A program made the position numbers and the translations under genes. From a virus, in the IMG/VR virus record IMGVR_UViG_3300046787_000099, positions 47,974 to 111,973 of that record: a stretch of DNA of 64,000 nt; one strand, 5' to 3'. This document shows positions 20,750 through 28,182 of this stretch, in pieces (the first letter of the stretch is position 1; each line of letters begins with the position of its first letter). The notes beneath the pieces are model-generated. The model saw only the letters and a list, made by a program, of their open reading frames with translations. It ran no database searches and was not told the origin of the DNA.

Positions 20750-21074
20750 TACGTTCCTTTAAAAACTTATCAGCCTTGGATCCTAGAGATGTTCCACCTC
20801 TCACCTCAACTTTTGCCTCTTCTTTCTCTCTCAACTTATCTACCACCTCTAATAACGCAAGATAGTTCTTCATTGTCTCTTGAATGAACTTACCCTGAGC
20901 CTCAATAGATGCAATCACCATAGGTAACATGCCTCCTTTAGCTGTAGGTTTCCATTCAATCCTGTCCTTTAGCTCATGCATTGGGTTAGCATCAACATAT
21001 TGCTTCCATGAAGCTAATTGTTGCTCTGCCCATTCGAGCTCAGTGTTAATGTATGTAGTTTTCTTTAGTGCCAT
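20736..21074 (-). CDS. Possible terminase small subunit
   Basis: 112 aa helical protein overlapping the terL start; inferred from position only. Confidence 0.4.
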   Translation of the reverse strand: MALKKTTYINTELEWAEQQLASWKQYVDANPMHELKDRIEWKPTAKGGMLPMVIASIEAQGKFIQETMKNYLALLEVVDKLREKEEAKVEVRGGTSLGSKADKFLKERSGTA

Positions 21075-21079
21075 AATAG

Positions 21080-21137
21080 CTTAGTCGTTTTACTTAGTCG
21101 GACTTAGTCGTTCACCGACCAAGTCAACCGACCTAGT
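21080..21137. repeat. Iteron-like cluster: 3 direct CTTAGTCG plus 2 inverted CCGACC(A/T)AGT
   Basis: Direct copies 21080-21087, 21093-21100, 21103-21110; inverted variants 21115-21124, 21128-21137. Confidence 0.75.
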
Positions 21138-21414
21138 TGTCTATATCCTCTTCATCCTCCTGCAATATAGTGTGAAGATTCATACCTTCTTTCACTATCT
21201 TATCTATCTCTGTATCATCAGGATGGGGAACGTCAAGGGTGAGCTGTGATTTGTACTTATTGAGAGCATATAGCATCTCTTTGTCTGTCATACCCCAAAT
21301 GTCTTTGTAATCATCAAGGGCTGTGTCTAAATGTCTACCTAGATTGTAGCTAGGGAACGCTTCTTTGAGTTCTATTAGAACAGAAAGGATTTGTTCGTAT
21401 GCTGTCGGTTTCAT
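21133..21414 (-). CDS. Hypothetical protein
   Basis: 93 aa ORF, translationally coupled. Confidence 0.6.
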   Translation of the reverse strand: MKPTAYEQILSVLIELKEAFPSYNLGRHLDTALDDYKDIWGMTDKEMLYALNKYKSQLTLDVPHPDDTEIDKIVKEGMNLHTILQEDEEDIDN

Positions 21415-21683
21415 AGCAATTGGTTTAAATCATCATCAGACAACTTGTTGGCCGTTATCTTAATATCTAATATATCCTCCTCATCATCCTCTAATGCATC
21501 TTCTACATTTGCTAATGCCTCCTCAGACATGTACTCCTTTGTGAATGTAATTGTCATCCTATCATCTTCTGTCGGATCCTCAGGAGCTAACAAATCAATA
21601 TAGTCCACACCCTTATTATATAGGTCTGTAAGAATCTCTATCAAATCGTCCAAAGGAACCTTCTTTATAATAGGTCTGTTCAT
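21411..21683 (-). CDS. Acidic hypothetical protein
   Basis: Start moved to MNRPIIKK (4-bp overlap with upstream gene). Confidence 0.6.
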   Translation of the reverse strand: MNRPIIKKVPLDDLIEILTDLYNKGVDYIDLLAPEDPTEDDRMTITFTKEYMSEEALANVEDALEDDEEDILDIKITANKLSDDDLNQLL

Positions 21684-21958
21684 AGCTTTCTCAATTCTTC
21701 GTTTTCTTCGTCTGTGACATGTGCCTTCCAGAAACTCTTCGGACACTCACACGACATACACTTAGTCTTTGCTGACAACGGACATCCACAATCTGTGCAA
21801 TGCTCATCTATACGTATAGAAGCATGCTTGCTAGAATGATATGCACAATCTCTACAAATTTGTAGACGTTCCTGAGACACTATCTTGATTGTCTCCTTCA
21901 TCTTGGCAGGTGGAACTAACTTGTTCCTCCAGCCCTCGTAAATCTCTGAGAAATTCAT
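21680..21958 (-). CDS. Small Cys-rich zinc-binding-like protein
   Basis: RLQICRDC...CTDCGCPLSAKTKCMSCECPKSFW. Confidence 0.6.
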   Translation of the reverse strand: MNFSEIYEGWRNKLVPPAKMKETIKIVSQERLQICRDCAYHSSKHASIRIDEHCTDCGCPLSAKTKCMSCECPKSFWKAHVTDEENEELRKL

Positions 21959-22295
21959 CGCTTATGTTTGGTTTAAGTAAAGCTATGTTGTCCACCATAT
22001 CATTATATATAAGGGTGGCTTTTCTTATTTGTTCTGCTGTTGCCTCTGGATGGTTGATGATTGAGAACATGTCATGCTTCTTAATCAAATACGTCTTTAA
22101 TCTCCTGGCAGCTTTCTTCTCATTGAACATGAATTTACCAAATCCACTGATTTCGACACTCTTATTGGTGTCCATGGCTTGGTTAGCAGAAATGAACTGA
22201 TGATTAATAACAGCCTCAATAGTCTTCTCAGCAACTAACAGCTTACTAGCTATTGTCCTGATCAAAAACTCCTTATCTGTCATTGGTCTAGCCAT
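21852..22295 (-). CDS. HU/IHF-like DNA-binding protein
   Basis: DKEFLIRTIA...KSVEISGFGKF matches the HU fold signature. Confidence 0.65.
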   Translation of the reverse strand: MARPMTDKEFLIRTIASKLLVAEKTIEAVINHQFISANQAMDTNKSVEISGFGKFMFNEKKAARRLKTYLIKKHDMFSIINHPEATAEQIRKATLIYNDMVDNIALLKPNISDEFLRDLRGLEEQVSSTCQDEGDNQDSVSGTSTNL

Positions 22296-22650
22296 TGTGT
22301 TCCATCTTTAATTCTAACGTAATGTTCTGGTCGAATGGAAGAAGGATCACTGGATTCACCTTTATCTTCGTTCCATCCTTCACAAACACTCCTATACGCT
22401 TTAATTTGCTTATGATGTTATTGATTGTAGGGGATGTGGAGTTGTACTTGTTGCAGAAATCCTCTCTAATGTTAGAATAAGAAATGTTTCCTCTTATGGC
22501 TGTGAATGCTACCAACTGTATCTCTCTCTGTGTGAGTTTGAGATCATTGATTGTTGACAACATTGAATAATACTTCTCTGCCATAGCATAATCATCCTCC
22601 ACTTTACGTAAGAACTTCTGGACAATTATCTTCTTGCTACTAGTTTCCAT
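22288..22650 (-). CDS. Winged-helix DNA-binding protein (RepL/MarR-like)
   Basis: LTQREIQLV...TSPTINNIISKLKRIGVF...IKVNP. Confidence 0.55.
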   Translation of the reverse strand: METSSKKIIVQKFLRKVEDDYAMAEKYYSMLSTINDLKLTQREIQLVAFTAIRGNISYSNIREDFCNKYNSTSPTINNIISKLKRIGVFVKDGTKIKVNPVILLPFDQNITLELKMEHNG

Positions 22651-23090
22651 ATTTAGTTTGTGGCAAATATATGTATAATGTTTGGAATATCAATGTATGA
22701 GAAATATTCCAATGCTATATTATGCATTTATTTTTGTATATACAAGAGAAACAGAGAATAATAACAGATCAATAGTAAGTTCCCTAATGATATAGTTGGA
22801 AAGGTTTCTACTCTTAAACTTGAAACCTAAACCAAAACTCCTATATGTATTGAGTTGTAATAGTATCATAACTGTTGGGTTTTAGTATGGCCCCCCCTTT
22901 ATCCCCCCCAAAGATAACTAATAAATTTATTACTATCCAAATGTAGGGGTGGGGCTTGAATGAAATTTTTTTCTAAATAGGGGGGCCTGTTGTGTTAATG
23001 AGAGAGGAGACCACTTCCAACAGAGACCCCTCCCATAACTTGGCAGGTTGGGGTAGTCCCCCTGCTTTAACATTTAAACAATCAAAAACA
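22651..23090. promoter_or_regulatory. Divergent control region with Bacteroidota-type promoters
   Basis: Strand switch; minus-strand TATATTTG near 22664-22671 and TATCTTTG near 22909-22916; unusual C7/G6 runs. Confidence 0.55.
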
Positions 23091-23519
23091 ATGGCACTTA
23101 ATTGGAAAAAATTAGAAGAGGTTCAAGGCAACATCAACTCAATCGGAACTTTGCAAGAACTAGCAGGAACAGGAGCAACGCTTCGTCTTAACAAGAACAG
23201 CTTGGAGAACAAAGCAACTGATGCTCCACGTCTTGTTGTTACAGTAATTAACAAGGCAGGCATGGCTGATAGAGTATTGTGCTCTCCTGCTGTTAGTCGT
23301 GGCTTGCGTGCTAAGACTATCAAGGTTGGTCAGTTGTTAGCATTTCCTATCACTGAGCAAGTAACTCGCACTGTTGATGAAGAGACAGGAGCATTTGTTA
23401 CTATCAACGTAATCACGATGCCAGCATCAGAATCAATTGACATCAATGTTGATAACATTGTTGTTGAAGCATTCAAGACAGAAGGTGCTCTTAATCCTGA
23501 GGAGTTCTTAGTATTCTAG
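23091..23519 (+). CDS. First early protein, unknown function
   Basis: Start moved to MALNWKKL after an A-rich leader; followed by a terminator. Confidence 0.7.
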   Translation: MALNWKKLEEVQGNINSIGTLQELAGTGATLRLNKNSLENKATDAPRLVVTVINKAGMADRVLCSPAVSRGLRAKTIKVGQLLAFPITEQVTRTVDEETGAFVTINVITMPASESIDINVDNIVVEAFKTEGALNPEEFLVF

Positions 23520-23525
23520 TAATTT

Positions 23526-23554
23526 GAGGGAGCCTTCGGGCTCTCTCTTTCTTT
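23526..23554 (+). terminator. Rho-independent terminator with UUCG loop
   Basis: GAGGGAGCC-TTCG-GGCTCTCTC-TTTCTTT. Confidence 0.8.
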
Positions 23555-23578
23555 CATTCACACAAAACAACTAACAAG

Positions 23579-23728
23579 ATGAAGAAGCCCATCGCAAAAG
23601 AGTTTGATAAGTCTATAATAAAAGGAATGCTTCACATTCCAGGAGTTAATGACGAAGCATTTAATAAGTGGTTAGCAAGCAGAAAACCTGCTAATACCTC
23701 TAATAACCTTTGGTATCAACTTTCTTAA
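23579..23728 (+). CDS. 49-aa hypothetical protein
   Basis: MKKPIAKEFDKSIIKGMLHIPGVNDEAFNKWLASRKPANTSNNLWYQLS, followed by the hairpin AGCCC-TTCG-GGGCT. Confidence 0.5.
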   Translation: MKKPIAKEFDKSIIKGMLHIPGVNDEAFNKWLASRKPANTSNNLWYQLS

Positions 23729-23821
23729 TGTAGCACAAGCCCTTCGGGGCTCTACATTATATATAGGGTGGGAAAGAGTTTCATCAGGGTGGGTAGTGAA
23801 AAAGAAGGACATTAACAAAAA

Positions 23822-23881
23822 TGATGCTATTTTACCATTGCTCCTTAGGGAGAAATAAACTTTTGGGGTAAAATAGCATCA
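23822..23881. repeat. Perfect 15-bp inverted repeat
   Basis: TGATGCTATTTTACC (23822-23836) / GGTAAAATAGCATCA (23867-23881). Confidence 0.8.
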
Positions 23882-23996
23882 GAATATATGTTTAGTGAGT
23901 ATGAAAACACGCACGTGGAGACAGTGATAGGTAAAAGGTGGTGTTGGATGAGTGGTTGAAATACATAATTGAGTAGAAATATATAGCAATAACAAT

Positions 23997-24251
23997 ATGA
24001 TAAGAGTAGAGAGTATAGAAGTTCCTATATATGATATGGAAGAGTTTGATACATATATAGAAGATAGACTTAATCATTATACAGTTATGTATACAGATCA
24101 ATTAGATGATCCTGATGATTTCTGGGATGATGAAGATGTTGCACATTGGCAACACATGATTACACACTATCAGAAGGTGTTATTACATCTACGTTCTACA
24201 TATACAGATAAGAATGGTAGTATAAGAGAAGAGTTTCTTGATTTAATTTAA
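23997..24251 (+). CDS. Acidic hypothetical protein
   Basis: 84 aa ORF with A-rich leader. Confidence 0.55.
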   Translation: MIRVESIEVPIYDMEEFDTYIEDRLNHYTVMYTDQLDDPDDFWDDEDVAHWQHMITHYQKVLLHLRSTYTDKNGSIREEFLDLI

Positions 24252-24256
24252 GTCTT

Positions 24257-24294
24257 TGTCCTGAGCATGACATTACACATAGTAAACTGCTCAC
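24257..24294 (+). ncRNA. Candidate H-type pseudoknot RNA motif, copy 1
   Basis: TGTC-CTGAGCAT-GACA...AAAC-TGCTC; covarying second copy at 25026. Confidence 0.5.
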
Positions 24295-24299
24295 ATTAA

Positions 24300-24427
24300 T
24301 GCATCATTCTATCTTCCCAAGGGATAGCAATTGTAATACCATCAAGCTGTTTGATGTAACGTTCTTCAAATGTTAAAGCAATGGATTAACTAGTACATAT
24401 ATACTAGAGTTGTTACAATTGAATGCA
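24300..24427 (+). ncRNA. Candidate multi-branch structured RNA
   Basis: Non-coding stretch; CAATTGTAA/TTACAATTG helix encloses three hairpins, with a further hairpin just 5' of it. Confidence 0.4.
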
Positions 24428-24600
24428 GAGGGGATATTAACACAAGTACATCGTTGAAATACATGTTTGTACAAAGCATAGCATAAGTGCTGATGAAACA
24501 ATGCTGGTATGGGTAGACAACGATACTCACACATACATTGAGAGATGTATATTTATAAACATTTTTGTTTACATATTATTCACATACAATCAATAAAGAC

Positions 24601-24966
24601 ATGATAACTATCAAACAAGAATTACTAACACATATACATACTATCAATATGTATAAACTACAAGAAGATAAGAATGCACACATTATAGATTGGACAATGA
24701 TCTGTTGTGCTGATATCTTTATGGAGACTGATGGGGATGATATACATGTATTTCATCGCATCAACGAAGAGTCTGAAGAACAATGGAATCAGTTCTTAAA
24801 TAAGCTAGACTTTGAGCATGATGATGAATCTTCAAGATATGCACTTAAGGGTACTGTTTGGTATGCAGATGGTACATGGTCAAAATATGGCTATGACTAC
24901 GAAATGATGTATGGTTCTTGGAATTGGAGAGAGGTTCCTATGATACCTGATTATCTGCATCAATGA
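24601..24966 (+). CDS. Hypothetical protein
   Basis: Start probably MITIKQELL; GTVWYADGTWS motif common in phage small genes. Confidence 0.6.
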   Translation: MITIKQELLTHIHTINMYKLQEDKNAHIIDWTMICCADIFMETDGDDIHVFHRINEESEEQWNQFLNKLDFEHDDESSRYALKGTVWYADGTWSKYGYDYEMMYGSWNWREVPMIPDYLHQ

Positions 24967-25025
24967 TATTGTAATATGTTCCAGGCAAAACTATTCATCC
25001 TGTAAAGCAATAGTTTAATTACAAT

Positions 25026-25054
25026 TGTGCTAAGCAACACACTAAACTGCTCAC
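25026..25054 (+). ncRNA. Candidate pseudoknot RNA motif, copy 2
   Basis: TGTG-CTAAGCAA-CACA-CT-AAAC-TGCTCAC. Confidence 0.5.
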
Positions 25055-25077
25055 TTTTACAATCAATCAATAAAAAC

Positions 25078-25272
25078 ATGGCAAATAAGCTTTTAACACC
25101 AGAACAGACAGAACAACTAGGAGAATATGGTTGGGATGTAGTTCCTGAATGTGGATACATTATATTGTATCAAAATGAAATGACACATGATGCATGGGAT
25201 GCATTGTGTTATCATCTAGGAGTTGATGATGATAGAGAGTATGTTAAAGTATTATATGTAGGAGTTCAATAA
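25078..25272 (+). CDS. Hypothetical protein
   Basis: Start MANKLLTP after an A-rich leader. Confidence 0.55.
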   Translation: MANKLLTPEQTEQLGEYGWDVVPECGYIILYQNEMTHDAWDALCYHLGVDDDREYVKVLYVGVQ

Positions 25273-25294
25273 CAATTTAAACACACACAATCAA

Positions 25295-25564
25295 ATGAAA
25301 AAGTTATTATTACTGACAGCTATGGCTGTTACATTATTGAGCTGTTCTGAAAGAGATAGAGCAGTTACATTATCAAATGGTTCTGTTATTAGAGCAGAGA
25401 TAGTAGATGATGTTCCTAGAAATATTGGTACAAAGGTATGTGTCAAGAGATTTGGTACACGTAATTGGATAATCTGTGCTAATGGTGAAATGATGGATAC
25501 AGCTATTACATCTCCTATTTTAATTGTTTATTCAACAGGTTATGTTAAATCATATTTGGACTAA
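25295..25564 (+). CDS. Lipoprotein
   Basis: MKKLLLLTAMAVTLLSC is a signal peptide II with lipobox. Confidence 0.7.
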   Translation: MKKLLLLTAMAVTLLSCSERDRAVTLSNGSVIRAEIVDDVPRNIGTKVCVKRFGTRNWIICANGEMMDTAITSPILIVYSTGYVKSYLD

Positions 25565-25576
25565 TAATATAGCATT

Positions 25577-25738
25577 ATGAGAAAGATAGAGACATTAGTA
25601 TGGACATTATTGTGTGTGATGATGATAGCAAACTTTGCATGGATGGCCTTCATTGGTCATTCATGGAGTGCTGTTGTATCAGGCATATTGGCATTAGTAT
25701 TCTTTAGAATAGTAATACTATCAATTAAAGAGAATTAG
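25577..25738 (+). CDS. 53-aa two-TM membrane protein
   Basis: MRKIETLVWTLLCVMMIANFAWMAFIGHSWSAVVSGILALVFFRIVILSIKEN. Confidence 0.55.
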   Translation: MRKIETLVWTLLCVMMIANFAWMAFIGHSWSAVVSGILALVFFRIVILSIKEN

Positions 25739-25828
25739 GGTTAAATGACGCATGACTGCATAAAGGGCTAGACTTATAGACTAGCTCTTTATATTAATCT
25801 ATTTATTCACATTTTAAATAACACAATC

Positions 25829-25969
25829 ATGAAAAAGATCAAGTTATTACCAACGGAATACTATGAGTTCGTTCAGTTGGCAAAGTTTACATTCACCACA
25901 TTTGGTGTATCAAGAGGCTTTGTTATCATTGAGGCAAACATAGAGCTGTTGAGACAAATCGGTTATTAA
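25829..25969 (+). CDS. 46-aa hypothetical protein
   Basis: MKKIKLLPTEYYEFVQLAKFTFTTFGVSRGFVIIEANIELLRQIGY between two hairpins. Confidence 0.5.
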   Translation: MKKIKLLPTEYYEFVQLAKFTFTTFGVSRGFVIIEANIELLRQIGY

Positions 25970-25979
25970 TCATGAGTGC

Positions 25980-26012
25980 AAAGAGCTCTCACATCATGTG
26001 TGGGAGTTCTTT
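25980..26012 (+). terminator. Stem-loop terminator
   Basis: AAAGAGCTCTCACA/TGTGGGAGTTCTTT then ATTTATTT. Confidence 0.65.
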
Positions 26013-26038
26013 ATTTATTTAATATAAACATTAATGAA

Positions 26039-27721
26039 ATGAAAGAAAGACAATTTAAGGTGGGTGATAGGGTGCAAATAGCATCATCATCAAGATATGC
26101 TAAGCAATGTAGCGAAGTAGGAACTATCAAAGAAACACAAGATGGTGCTTTGTGTTTCATTGTAAAGTTTGATAATGACTACATTAACAGTTATGGACCA
26201 CAAGATTTAGTTCATGATCCTGATATGACTCCATTGTTTTATGTAGGTGATAAGATACAAATCACACAAGGTAGTGGACATTGGGTTGATGATATGGATC
26301 AATACGTTGGTCAAAAAGCTACCATCACAAAGGTAGAGAAAGGTTATATGATAGATCGTCTTTATCGTATTGATATAGATAAAGGTCAGTGGAAATGGAT
26401 TGCTGAAGCAGGACATTTTATTCATGCACCACAAGCAGGTATTGATCAAAAGGATGAACTATTACATAGAGCAAAACAAATGTTCCCTGTTGGTACTAAG
26501 TTTTCTCCAGCACATGTTCTTTATGATGAGAAATATCCAAAATATCTAATCATGACTGAAGACAGTAAGATTGAGTTCTCTGGCAGTTATATATTTGCTT
26601 GTATCAAAAATGGTAACGTTTGTGATATGAGTGGTGATCTAAAGTATGGTAACACTACATATAATAGAGTGTTATATGATGCAACTGAGAAGAAATGGGC
26701 TACAGTGCTAGGTAAAGCTGAAGATGATGAACCAATACCAGCTACTGCATTACTACTCATTGAAGCAAAGAAAAGATATCCTATTGGTACTAAGTACAAG
26801 AATGCTACAGATGGACGTGAAGTATTTACAGTTACTGAGCAATCATTTAGTGTGGTTAGTGAACACACTATTCATGGAGAACCAGGTGCAGGTTGTTTAA
26901 TGTATGGAGGTAAATGGGCTGAGATAGTTAAAGGAGAATCACATAAATTCAAGATAGGTGATTGGGTTATTGGTAATTCTAAAGCTAATGAACGTTATGC
27001 TGTCACTAAAGAAGGATGGAGCGGTCAAGTAACAAAGGTTAGAGATGATGGTCACATCAGTGTAAAAGGTAAATACAATGAGGATAATGATGAATATCAT
27101 GATCTTGATCCTGATCGATTTGATCTAACAACTGAAAGTGAGCTAATGAGATTAACTGGTCATGTTGAAGCACCCATTATACACAAGTATAAAGTGGGAG
27201 ATATATTACATCTAACCGAATATTGTCATGGTGTAACACCTCAGAAGGTCACTGTACAAGCTTTAAGTACACGTCACGGTAAACCAGCATATTGTTTACA
27301 GAGATGGTCAGGAGAGTTTCCTGAAGACATACTAATTCAACGAGAAGTAGTTAAACCAACTGACAAGTTCAAAAAAGGTGACTGGGTTATTGGTACATGT
27401 ACACCACATTCTCCTTATGCTATTACATGTAAAGGGTGGATTGGTAGAGTGGTTGGTTTAAATCCTGATGGTACAATGGATGTAAACACTGATGCTAGTA
27501 TTAGTATTTATCGAAATGTACAACCAGAGTATTTTGAGCATCACAAGACTGAATCAGTATTCTCTACTGACTATTTACAACAGCAGATGGATAAAGTATC
27601 AGCAAGTATTGGTTTATCTCATGAAAAGTTACGAGTGTATTCATCAGGTAGTATCGGTTCATCAATACCAGTAGTTCAACCACAAGTGAGTGTAAAGAAA
27701 GTAAGTTTTAATCGTATTTAA
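26039..27721 (+). CDS. Multidomain protein with tandem SH3/KOW-like repeats
   Basis: Five F/Y-x-x-GD-x-V/I/L units and two AKxx(F/Y)PxGTK(F/Y) units. Confidence 0.6.
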   Translation: MKERQFKVGDRVQIASSSRYAKQCSEVGTIKETQDGALCFIVKFDNDYINSYGPQDLVHDPDMTPLFYVGDKIQITQGSGHWVDDMDQYVGQKATITKVEKGYMIDRLYRIDIDKGQWKWIAEAGHFIHAPQAGIDQKDELLHRAKQMFPVGTKFSPAHVLYDEKYPKYLIMTEDSKIEFSGSYIFACIKNGNVCDMSGDLKYGNTTYNRVLYDATEKKWATVLGKAEDDEPIPATALLLIEAKKRYPIGTKYKNATDGREVFTVTEQSFSVVSEHTIHGEPGAGCLMYGGKWAEIVKGESHKFKIGDWVIGNSKANERYAVTKEGWSGQVTKVRDDGHISVKGKYNEDNDEYHDLDPDRFDLTTESELMRLTGHVEAPIIHKYKVGDILHLTEYCHGVTPQKVTVQALSTRHGKPAYCLQRWSGEFPEDILIQREVVKPTDKFKKGDWVIGTCTPHSPYAITCKGWIGRVVGLNPDGTMDVNTDASISIYRNVQPEYFEHHKTESVFSTDYLQQQMDKVSASIGLSHEKLRVYSSGSIGSSIPVVQPQVSVKKVSFNRI

Positions 27722-27753
27722 TCAATTTTTTAACAAATAACACAATAATTATT

Positions 27754-28182
27754 ATGAAAAAGAAAGGTATCGTAGCATCAATCATGGCAGCTCTTAAGTT
27801 AGGAGAAGAAGGTAAAATTGGTTCATTCTTCAACAAACTAGAAAATGAGTTCGAGCGTGAGATCAAATCTATCCAACACAACATCAAAGGTGAAGAGTTA
27901 GAACATGATCACGCAGTTGAATCATTGAAAGCTAAGATTGAGGACGCTAAGAAAGCTATTGAAGATGCATGGATGAACATCACTGCTGAGCAAGTAGCTA
28001 CTAATGCAATGCAAGAGAGCTTCAAGAGTGATTACTTAACTAACGTAACAAGAAAAGAAATGGAATTGGAACGTTTAGAAGACCAGTTGAAGAGAATCAA
28101 TGGTTCTTACGAGTCATCAATCAAAGACTTGAATGAGCAGATTGAGAAGTATGAAGCACGTTTGGCAAAGATTCGTGGATAG
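27754..28182 (+). CDS. Coiled-coil protein
   Basis: 142 aa with E/K-rich heptads. Confidence 0.65.
   Translation: MKKKGIVASIMAALKLGEEGKIGSFFNKLENEFEREIKSIQHNIKGEELEHDHAVESLKAKIEDAKKAIEDAWMNITAEQVATNAMQESFKSDYLTNVTRKEMELERLEDQLKRINGSYESSIKDLNEQIEKYEARLAKIRG

Noticed and set aside
22700-22735. dif/Xer site (TATATTATGCATTTA)
   Set aside because: Only a partial resemblance to one arm and no recombinase in the window
24449-24524. Hammerhead-like arrangement: GAAA (24456) and CTGATGA (24490) flanking a CATCGTT/AACAATG stem
   Set aside because: No valid stem III, NUH and stem I junction could be built, and CAACGAT at 24518 pairs better with ATCGTTG; at most a degenerate remnant
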